From positions 1-44,285 of IMG/VR virus record IMGVR_UViG_3300034008_000051: a stretch of 44,285 nucleotides of DNA. One strand, 5' to 3'. The notes beneath the pieces are model-generated. The model was not told the DNA's origin. It made no database searches and saw only the letters and a program-made list of their open reading frames with translations. This document shows, one piece after another, positions 1-6,648 of this stretch. Position 1 is the stretch's first letter, and each line of letters begins with the position of its first letter. Position numbers and translations under genes: made by a program. The DNA comes from a virus. Its lineage: Duplodnaviria; Caudoviricetes.

Positions 1-187
1 TCGCTACGAATCCGCTACACTAAGCGGATGCGAGCAGCGTGTGGTGAGTGTGTGGTAACCCTGTGTGGGAACCGTGGGAATCAACGGTTCGTCGCATCTG
101 GTTTTCGCCGCCGTTTACCCTGGTCAAACGCCTGGACGCGCACTGGCGAAGTCTGCGTGGGCTGTTGTATGAAGCCACTCAGCTCGG
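1..187. repeat. Terminal direct repeat, left copy (187 bp)
   Basis: Bases 1-187 match 44099-44285 except A128 vs C44226; consistent with a circular or terminally redundant genome. Confidence 0.95.
2..82. promoter_or_regulatory. Candidate oriT/replication origin: hairpin plus iteron-like repeats upstream of the relaxase
   Basis: ATCCGCT(10-16)/AGCGGAT(23-29) inverted repeat extendable to 2-39; TGTGTGGTAACC(49-60), TGTGTGGGAACC(62-73), GTGGGAATC(74-82); TGTGGATAA DnaA box lies just across the circular junction (44088-44096). Confidence 0.45.
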
Positions 188-208
188 CGCCGGGATCGCG
201 GCGCGAGC

Positions 209-940
209 ATGGGGGTCTGCATGATGTTCAGTGACACATCCTCCGTCGACCTCTCACCCCGTGACCTATCCATCGTCCAGCTGGTCGCCCGCTTCAAGCA
301 GGTCGCATCCAGCCACATCCACGAACTACTTTTCACAGACATCAAGAGCCACACGCCAGCAGACCGAGCACTGCGAAGACTGACGGCGAGCGGGCACCTG
401 CAACGTGTCGAGCGTCGGATAGTCGGGGGAAGTCGGGGCGGGTCCGGCCAGTACGTCTACCAGTTGGGTCGGCGTGGCTTCTATGTCTACTTCGAGGGCA
501 GGTATGCACCGTGGCGAACTGTCAACTACCACGCCCTAGCCATAGTGGACTCATACGTTGTCATGCGCCGGCTAGAACGGGCGGGCTACGTAGCTATAGC
601 CGGCGTGTCTACCGAGCCTGATTGCTGGGTGAAAGTTGGCGGGAACGAGCTGAAGCCGGACCTGTACCTGGAACTGGCACGGGCAACGGGCGAGCGGCTG
701 AAGCTGTGGCTGGAGATCGACATGGGTACAGAGGGTCAGCGACAGATAAAAGACAAGCTAGAGCGGTATTGGCGGGCCTACAACGAAGCCGATTGGCCGG
801 TATTCCCGCGCACCATATGGGTAGCCGTGGACGCCGAGCGCGAGAAGGAACTGGCTTGGTTGATATCTCAAGGCCCGCCCGACGCACGCATACTATTTCA
901 GGTGACGACGCTGGCCGGTCTGCCTTCGTTGTTTGTGTGA
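209..940 (+). CDS. Replication-relaxation family protein (Replic_Relax, MOBC-like PD-(D/E)xK relaxase)
   Basis: N-terminal winged-helix-like segment (LSPRDLSIVQLVARFKQV...RALRRLTASGHL), GGSGQYVYQLG, H..AI, and KPD..L...WLEIDMGTE....IKDKLERY nuclease motif; true start may be ATG 221 or 224. Confidence 0.85.
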   Translation: MGVCMMFSDTSSVDLSPRDLSIVQLVARFKQVASSHIHELLFTDIKSHTPADRALRRLTASGHLQRVERRIVGGSRGGSGQYVYQLGRRGFYVYFEGRYAPWRTVNYHALAIVDSYVVMRRLERAGYVAIAGVSTEPDCWVKVGGNELKPDLYLELARATGERLKLWLEIDMGTEGQRQIKDKLERYWRAYNEADWPVFPRTIWVAVDAEREKELAWLISQGPPDARILFQVTTLAGLPSLFV

Positions 941-941
941 C

Positions 942-999
942 TTATCCACAGCTTTTTACCAGAAATAGTATTGACTATTCCTCATGCTAAGCGCATACT
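942..999 (+). promoter_or_regulatory. DnaA box plus sigma70-type promoter
   Basis: TTATCCACA at 942-950, then AATAGTA-TTGACT(971-976)-17 nt-CATACT(994-999). Confidence 0.7.
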
Positions 1000-1075
1000 G
1001 TAAGTATTGCATAAAACGCAACGCACCTTAGAAAACTCATGCGCTCATTGTCAGTAAGTAAAGGGAGACAATGAC

Positions 1076-1267
1076 ATGACAGAAAAAAGCACAGCATCTA
1101 CGCGGTACGGTGACATCATGTACTACTACTCACGAGAAGTTGAACCACGACCTTTTAGTCGGTTCACGTCAGATGATGCAGAGCAACAAGCGAACGATGA
1201 TTGGATTGAACGCGCATTGTCGTGGGGTAGTCATCACTTCGACGAGTATGGTCGCGTGGTTGCCTAG
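1076..1267 (+). CDS. Small hypothetical protein
   Basis: 63 aa, GGGAG ribosome-binding site, directly downstream of the promoter. Confidence 0.6.
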   Translation: MTEKSTASTRYGDIMYYYSREVEPRPFSRFTSDDAEQQANDDWIERALSWGSHHFDEYGRVVA

Positions 1268-1282
1268 CGGTTTACCGCTGGC
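1261..1282 (+). repeat. 22-bp gene-end repeat, copy 1
   Basis: TGCCTAGCGGTTTACCGCTGGC, 20/22 identical to 1502-1523; hairpin-forming. Confidence 0.8.
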
Positions 1283-1325
1283 CATGAGGGCATGAGTGAA
1301 TAGCAACAATTGATGGAGGAAACAT

Positions 1326-1508
1326 ATGAAATACTACTACTCGAATGTTTATCAAACGCTGTACTTTCTCGAAAACCGCACATTGTGTGGCGTTACGCGG
1401 AATAGTAGCGGCTTGCTCGATGCCGATGAGGCTTTCGTAGTAAACCTCGACAATGGCGAGGTCTCTCGCGAGTTTTACATTGAGGTCGCAGCCCGGTTGA
1501 GTGCCTAG
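1326..1508 (+). CDS. Small hypothetical protein
   Basis: 60 aa, strong GGAGG ribosome-binding site. Confidence 0.7.
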   Translation: MKYYYSNVYQTLYFLENRTLCGVTRNSSGLLDADEAFVVNLDNGEVSREFYIEVAARLSA

Positions 1509-1523
1509 TGATTTACCGCTGGC
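1502..1523 (+). repeat. 22-bp gene-end repeat, copy 2
   Basis: TGCCTAGTGATTTACCGCTGGC. Confidence 0.8.
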
Positions 1524-1563
1524 AAGTAGCGTGATAACTCATTAACGTAAGAGGAATAACTCT

Positions 1564-1764
1564 ATGACAACAGATACAGAACCAACGATGCAACTGGAGA
1601 TCTACAAGCGTACGCTGCTAATGCTTGAGCGTGAGAAGGCCGTCGTGGAGTTGGATGAACCGACCGGCGAGTTCAAAACAGAGTATCTGGTGGCGCTCGA
1701 CTATACGCTTGATATGGTGCGGCAAAATATCGCCCGCCTGAGTGCGGGGTCACCTTCACGATGA
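1564..1764 (+). CDS. Small hypothetical protein
   Basis: 66 aa, GAGG ribosome-binding site, ATGA overlap with the next ORF. Confidence 0.65.
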   Translation: MTTDTEPTMQLEIYKRTLLMLEREKAVVELDEPTGEFKTEYLVALDYTLDMVRQNIARLSAGSPSR

Positions 1765-1961
1765 AGCAGCGAAACGCTGTCCGCAACGCTCGCCTCAAGG
1801 CTGCGCAACTCCGCTGGGCTAGGGAAGATCGCGAACGGGGCTTCCCTGTCCGGCACAGGCGAATCTCTTGCATGGAACGAAAGAATCAACAACTTAATGA
1901 AGACCTGCTAGTAGTAGCCGCACTCGCGTTTGTATGCGTGTGGGTGGAACTGGCGGGGTAG
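1761..1961 (+). CDS. Small basic protein with C-terminal hydrophobic segment
   Basis: 66 aa, coupled to the previous ORF by an ATGA overlap. Confidence 0.5.
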   Translation: MKQRNAVRNARLKAAQLRWAREDRERGFPVRHRRISCMERKNQQLNEDLLVVAALAFVCVWVELAG

Positions 1962-1969
1962 GGAGTTAT

Positions 1970-2314
1970 ATGAGGGAATTGAAGTTTAGAGCGTGGGACG
2001 GGTCCAAGTTATATGAAGTGAAACATTTGGACTGTTTGCCAACGGGGGAGGCTTACGCCTCGGCGGCTGGTTACCTAGACAGTACGGCGGTCATGGAGTA
2101 CACCGGTATGAAGGACAAGAACGGCGTGGACATCTACGAGGGGGATATCATCGGGGTGGACGGAAAGGCTTGGCCGCGTGCGGTTGATTTTGAGGATGGC
2201 CGCTTCTGTCTTGGAGGTGGGGCACTGGTCGAGCGGATGGGTGACTGGTCAAGGCGTGGCGACCGTTACGAAGTCGTGGGCAACATCTATGAGAACCCGG
2301 GGCTACTGGCATGA
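1970..2314 (+). CDS. YopX family phage protein
   Basis: MRELKFRAWD...MEYTGMKDKNGVDIYEGDII...EVVGNIYENP signature; start moved to ATG 1970 after GGGAG. Confidence 0.92.
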   Translation: MRELKFRAWDGSKLYEVKHLDCLPTGEAYASAAGYLDSTAVMEYTGMKDKNGVDIYEGDIIGVDGKAWPRAVDFEDGRFCLGGGALVERMGDWSRRGDRYEVVGNIYENPGLLA

Positions 2315-2333
2315 GCGGGCCGCTTTTTGGTAC

Positions 2334-2880
2334 TCTAAGCAGCCTCTCTAATTCCCGGTAACGGGGGAGGCACCTCACGTTCGACTGGCTTAGAAGTGGG
2401 GACCGTTCAGAGTCTTCGTACTTGCTGAGCTAGTGGCGATTTGATAGATACAGCTACTGAACATCTCAGGCTACGGAGAGCAAGCGAAGCGCGGTAGTGA
2501 CGTTGTAGACAGGTGGTGAGGGAGTTTTCGGAAATGTGAGACACCGAGTAATTACTTCGGCTCAACTAATCCCTAGCTAGCGTAAACTTCCCCTCCAGCT
2601 GTCTACAATGGTATCTGCTTGTTAATGATCAGCGGGGGACTATCCGCACTTCCGCACCAGGCGCTTTACGGTAGCACTAAACGTCGTTGTACTGTGGCCT
2701 CATCAAGTAGGCAAATGGTCAGGGAAGAAGTACGTTACGCTTCGACTAGGGTGCGACCCTATCCAGATACTCTACTGGTATTGCCCAACCAACTGCCTAC
2801 TTGTCAAGGTGTGTGCCGCCCGTACTGAGTAATGTTTTGAGTCGTCTCAGTAGGTGATTCGGTGGCTGTACTGGCCTGCC
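2334..2880. ncRNA. Candidate large structured non-coding element (RNA or ssDNA), about 550 nt
   Basis: No credible ORF; stems 2334-2340/2388-2394, 2354-2365 (GTAA loop), 2405-2410/2457-2462, 2503-2512/2599-2608, 2704-2713/2794-2803, 2747-2761, 2823-2829/2846-2852. Confidence 0.5.
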
Positions 2881-2895
2881 TAGACTGATAGATGC

Positions 2896-2924
2896 TTGAC
2901 AAATAGAGAGCCAGTTCTCATAAT
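2896..2924 (+). promoter_or_regulatory. Sigma70-type promoter
   Basis: TTGACA(2896-2901)-17 nt-CATAAT(2919-2924). Confidence 0.7.
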
Positions 2925-2939
2925 CATGTATGTGATGGC

Positions 2940-2963
2940 AGCCCCTCGAAAGAGGGGTTTTCT
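2940..2963 (+). terminator. Intrinsic terminator-like hairpin
   Basis: GCCCCTC-GAAA-GAGGGGT followed by a T run. Confidence 0.7.
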
Positions 2964-3050
2964 ATTTGCGTGTGATGGCAAATATCCCTTGCATTTAAGC
3001 ACGATACGCGGCCTATTGCAACTTGCTACGGCTTATGGACGGGAAAAGTA

Positions 3051-3079
3051 TTGACTATTCATGGCGCATATGCTAGTAT
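3051..3079 (+). promoter_or_regulatory. Sigma70-type promoter
   Basis: AAGTA-TTGACT-17 nt-TAGTAT; shares AGTATTGACTATTC with the promoter at 971. Confidence 0.65.
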
Positions 3080-3110
3080 TAAAAGGTAAGTTAAACAAGG
3101 CAACATAAAT

Positions 3111-3530
3111 ATGAAGACAAAGGAACAAGCACTAGATACCACCCAGCCCGTCGAGCTCACGACGTTCCTGGAAGGCCAGGCCGCTCCCTTCGTCATCCGT
3201 GGCGACTACGAAGCCGTGGCGCCCATGGCTGAAGCCCTGCGCCAGGCTGACGAGCAGTTACCTACACAGGTGGCAACTCGTACCCGCAAGGTGGCTCAGG
3301 CAGCCGTTGAAGCAGTCTCCGCGCCGATACAGACAGGCCTCGGCCGGGTCGCGGTTGATGTCAAGGCGATCGTGTACGACAAGCTGCACCGCACGAACTT
3401 CTACGACCTGCTCCGCGACAAGCGGAACACTGAGCGTGATCTTCGGTTCGCCGGCAGTCTCGGCCTGTTCCAGGAAGAGGTCTGCGCCAAGCACCGCAAG
3501 GCCCTTCAGTCGGTACGGAGGGTCCGGTAA
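3111..3530 (+). CDS. Hypothetical protein
   Basis: 139 aa ORF directly downstream of the promoter. Confidence 0.7.
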   Translation: MKTKEQALDTTQPVELTTFLEGQAAPFVIRGDYEAVAPMAEALRQADEQLPTQVATRTRKVAQAAVEAVSAPIQTGLGRVAVDVKAIVYDKLHRTNFYDLLRDKRNTERDLRFAGSLGLFQEEVCAKHRKALQSVRRVR

Positions 3531-3610
3531 TGGCCTTCGAGCAGATAGCGACCGGCATCGTCTTAGCGCTCATGATGGTGCTGGCCGTGATAAATAAGAT
3601 TGTCGCTTAG
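3530..3610 (+). CDS. 26-aa hydrophobic peptide (MAFEQIATGIVLALMMVLAVINKIVA)
   Basis: TAATG coupling to the upstream stop; single predicted TM helix; not in the ORF track. Confidence 0.45.
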   Translation: MAFEQIATGIVLALMMVLAVINKIVA

Positions 3611-3637
3611 AGTCAGTAGGCTTATAATCAGTCGCAT

Positions 3638-3781
3638 ATGGAATTGTCTGACTACCTAGCAAAATCAACCGAAGCAAGCGGAGTGCCGTTGAAGGTAGCG
3701 GATAAGCCAGTGCTACGCGACATCGCCGCTCTGCTCATCGAGGGCAACCCCGAGTTCATGCCTCGAACGAAAGCCGCCTGA
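3638..3781 (+). CDS. 47-aa protein convergent on the integrase; candidate directionality factor or accessory protein
   Basis: MELSDYLAKSTEASGVPLKVADKPVLRDIAALLIEG...; own promoter TTGTCG(3600-3605)-17-TATAAT(3623-3628); no Shine-Dalgarno; stop 3 nt from the integrase stop. Confidence 0.55.
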   Translation: MELSDYLAKSTEASGVPLKVADKPVLRDIAALLIEGNPEFMPRTKAA

Positions 3782-3784
3782 CCG

Positions 3785-5239
3785 TCAGACCTTCCACTGG
3801 ATGTCTATCCACTGCGGATCGAACCTGTGTCGCTGACCGTCCCTCGTGACGTAGAACGGCTTGGTGCTGCCGGGGTTGACCACGATCTTGTCGATCAGCA
3901 TGGCAAGCAGCGTCCGGCGCCACGTATCACTGCCGCTGTTGTCCCACGCTGCCCGGACTGAATCACCTACAGGAATGAGACCGGCGGCCGTCCTGTGGCG
4001 GTTCACGACCTCCAGCTCGCGCTCCAGCCGTTCAAGCTCCGCCTCGGCCGCTCCCTTGGCTCTGGAGAACTGTTCCCGGTCAAGCAGCCCCGTTGCGTAG
4101 TCCTCGACGAGCGCGTCCAGTCGGGTCTTGGCGGCCTGGCGGCTGTGGAGCAGCAGGGAGATCGCGACATCTGTGTCGTTATCTCGCTTCAGCAGGTTGC
4201 CGAGCTCCGGTGTATCGAGCCGGTACAGGACGCACTCTTTTATCCAGTCGTCGAGCGCCTCAGCGTTGCGCCGTATCCGGTTGCAGCCGAACTTTTTGCC
4301 CTGAGCGTCCGTGCGCTTGGCACAGAAGTAGACGCGGCGCGGTGGGAAGCTGGGGCCAAGGTCGTACATGCGGGTGCCGCTGAGCGGGTTACCGCACCTG
4401 CCGCAGTAGGCGAGGCCGGTCAGTAGGTACTTGCGGGCGATGGGGCCCTTGAAGTTGGACTGCTCACGCCTGAGCCTGATGGTTAGCTGCAGCTGTTCCC
4501 ACGTAGCAGGGTCGAAGACCGGGTCCCAGACAGCGGGGTAATCAACGCCGTCGTACTCTCTTAAACCGGCGTTGCGCTTGCGGTTGAGCAGGTTGCGCAC
4601 GGTGATGTTGTGCCATGGCCTCCCCATGCTGGTCGCGTGACCCTGCTCGTTGGCCCAAATGGCGATCTCTTTGAATGAGTGGCCAGCCAAGTAGCGCCGG
4701 GCCATCTCTCGCATGATGGCGGCCTCAGTCTCGTTGATCGTCACCATGTCCGCCTCGTACCCAAACGGGCGGCGTGAGCCGTGTGGTTTGCCGGCGCGGG
4801 CCTTCTGAGCGTTGGCCCGGATCTGACGGTCACTCTTCTGCTCGATCTCGTAGCGTGCCCAGCCGGCGAGCTGGTCGGCCATCATGCGGCCCATCGCGGT
4901 CGACATGTCCAGGTCAGAGCCTCGAGCTAGGGCGATGATCGTCCGGTGCTTCTGGCAGGACTCGATCAGCCGGACGGTGTCCTGGCGGTTGCGCGTCAAT
5001 CTGTCCAAGCTCCAGGCGATGATGACGTCAATCTCGCCGCGGCCAAGGGCGTCCATCATCTTCTCGAACTCGGGGCGGTGCACCTTGCCCGAAGCCGATG
5101 TGTCATTGTCGATATAAGTGGTAGTCAATTGCCAGCCGCGGACGTCCGCTAGCTTTGCACAATCTTCTTCTTGGCGACTGACTCCCAGTGATTCACCTGT
5201 CTTATCCAGTGATATCCGTAGGTATAGAACTGCCCGCAT
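3785..5239 (-). CDS. Large serine recombinase (integrase)
   Basis: YLRIS catalytic Ser, RPEFEKM, AWSLDRLTRN, recombinase domain (PFGY), zinc ribbon (LLTGLAYCGRCG...YFC...C), coiled coil. Confidence 0.95.
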   Translation of the reverse strand: MRAVLYLRISLDKTGESLGVSRQEEDCAKLADVRGWQLTTTYIDNDTSASGKVHRPEFEKMMDALGRGEIDVIIAWSLDRLTRNRQDTVRLIESCQKHRTIIALARGSDLDMSTAMGRMMADQLAGWARYEIEQKSDRQIRANAQKARAGKPHGSRRPFGYEADMVTINETEAAIMREMARRYLAGHSFKEIAIWANEQGHATSMGRPWHNITVRNLLNRKRNAGLREYDGVDYPAVWDPVFDPATWEQLQLTIRLRREQSNFKGPIARKYLLTGLAYCGRCGNPLSGTRMYDLGPSFPPRRVYFCAKRTDAQGKKFGCNRIRRNAEALDDWIKECVLYRLDTPELGNLLKRDNDTDVAISLLLHSRQAAKTRLDALVEDYATGLLDREQFSRAKGAAEAELERLERELEVVNRHRTAAGLIPVGDSVRAAWDNSGSDTWRRTLLAMLIDKIVVNPGSTKPFYVTRDGQRHRFDPQWIDIQWKV

Positions 5240-5249
5240 GTAATGGTTC

Positions 5250-5289
5250 CTGCTTACTGGAGTTCATTATGAATGTTTCCAGTAGGTAG
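5250..5289. other. Candidate attP (imperfect inverted repeat just upstream of the integrase)
   Basis: CTGCTTACTGGA-GTTCAT-T-ATGAA-TGTT-TCCAGTAGGTAG; position is typical for serine-integrase attP sites. Confidence 0.35.
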
Positions 5290-5476
5290 TCAACACATCT
5301 TCCTCACGTTTGTCAACCCAACTAGCGGTTGACCAAGGGCTTTCTTCGGCCGTGACCGCCTTGCACCGTTGTAACGACACGCTGACGCTAGGCCAAACTA
5401 CACCCAAGTAATTCCACGATCTAGAACCAACACGGCGTGGCGCACCGCAAAAAACGTGGGCGTGGCATCAACGTTA

Positions 5477-5512
5477 TTTACAGGACCACCGAGCCCGCGG
5501 TGGTCCTGTAAA
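5477..5512. repeat. Perfect 15-bp inverted repeat
   Basis: TTTACAGGACCACCG-agcccg-CGGTGGTCCTGTAAA between the integrase and the transfer operon. Confidence 0.85.
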
Positions 5513-5598
5513 CCCCAAGGGAGTCACATCGTGACCAGCAACGCGGTGCTCGCCACCGTGAACCCCACCCCCCACCCCACCCGCCCTGAGGAGGCGTC

Positions 5599-5916
5599 AT
5601 GAGCTCACTCGTAGTGCAAGGCCGCCAGGACTACGACTGGCGGCTGCCCAGCCTTCGAAGCACGAGATCGACACGCAAGCAGGCTGAACGTCTGCAAGCA
5701 CAGCTAGCGATCGAGGAGGAGCGTCGCATCATCCAGCATGTACGGGTCCGAACAGTGACAGAGGTCGGAGTGGCTGCCATGCAAGGAACAAGCACTGTCA
5801 CGCAGGTCGCAGAGGCCGAAGCAGCTGCTGTACCCGGCGAACGTCACAGGGTCGACGCCATCGCTGACGCGACCGCTGCCGCCCTGTTGAAGATCGTCAT
5901 GGAGACAGGGCAGTGA
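5599..5916 (+). CDS. Hypothetical protein, first gene of the putative transfer operon
   Basis: GAGGAGG ribosome-binding site; Ala-rich helical 105 aa. Confidence 0.8.
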   Translation: MSSLVVQGRQDYDWRLPSLRSTRSTRKQAERLQAQLAIEEERRIIQHVRVRTVTEVGVAAMQGTSTVTQVAEAEAAAVPGERHRVDAIADATAAALLKIVMETGQ

Positions 5917-6215
5917 TCCTGGCCTCCGTCTTGCTGCTTCATCACATCGAGGGAGTCTGCAAGCCGCTGTCATGGGCGAAGCAGGCAGCGGTGGACTTCC
6001 TGGCCCGCACGGCAGCTCGGGATCGCACCGGCGCCGTCGAGCGGGCTGAGCAGGTCAAGGCAGAGCGTCTCGCTCGAGCCCAGCGGGCAGGGCAGAAGCA
6101 GGAACCTAAGGTCACCGAGAAGCCGATGCCGGCCATCACGCAAGGTGATCCCAGTAGTCACGAGTTCAGCGCACAGTTCAGAGAGAGCGAGGAATACTTA
6201 TGGAAACAGTCGTGA
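5913..6215 (+). CDS. Hypothetical protein
   Basis: GTGA overlap with the previous gene; 100 aa. Confidence 0.6.
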   Translation: MILASVLLLHHIEGVCKPLSWAKQAAVDFLARTAARDRTGAVERAEQVKAERLARAQRAGQKQEPKVTEKPMPAITQGDPSSHEFSAQFRESEEYLWKQS

Positions 6216-6427
6216 TTGTCACAATGCTTCTATCCCTGGCAATCGGCGTGATTCTTGGTGGAGCATTCTTCATGCACCGGTATGAGAAACAGCTGAATCA
6301 CCTCGGCCTGCTTCACACGATAGTCGGGATTGAGCAGCAGGGGATCGAGGCCCAGAAGCTCATTATGTCGGTGACCGGCAATGCTATTGCTGATATCCGT
6401 CGCCCGCGACTGGTCGACAGGAATTAG
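6200..6427 (+). CDS. Small membrane protein
   Basis: N-terminal TM helix; GAGG ribosome-binding site. Confidence 0.7.
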   Translation: METVVIVTMLLSLAIGVILGGAFFMHRYEKQLNHLGLLHTIVGIEQQGIEAQKLIMSVTGNAIADIRRPRLVDRN

Positions 6428-6430
6428 GAG

Positions 6431-6592
6431 ATGTTCCGCAGGTTCTGGGAACTGATCATCGTCCTGATAGTGCTTGGTCTGCTCCTCCAGATCTTCGTCG
6501 AGACGGTCAGGCCGATGATGCCTTACATCATTCTGGCCGGCATCGCGTTGATAGCTGGTCGAGTGCTATATAGGCGTAACCAGAACTGGTAG
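6431..6592 (+). CDS. 53-aa two-TM membrane protein (MFRRFWELIIVLIVLGLLLQ...YRRNQNW)
   Basis: Read manually; AGGAG immediately upstream; two hydrophobic helices; directly precedes the coupling ATPase. Confidence 0.7.
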   Translation: MFRRFWELIIVLIVLGLLLQIFVETVRPMMPYIILAGIALIAGRVLYRRNQNW

Positions 6593-6648
6593 TAGCCAAC
6601 GAAGAGCACAAGGACGTCCTAATCTATAGCTGTTAAAGTATTGCATAT

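Noticed and set aside
1261-1523. CRISPR array interpretation of the 22-bp repeats
   Set aside because: Only two copies, about 220 bp apart with an ORF between them; no cas genes
2619-2828. 69-aa ORF inside the structured region
   Set aside because: TTG start, no convincing ribosome-binding site, unremarkable composition; overlaps strong stems
2334-2880. tRNA, tmRNA, RNase P or self-splicing intron
   Set aside because: No T-arm/CCA end, RNase P core or recognisable intron motif found by eye; an Rfam scan is still needed
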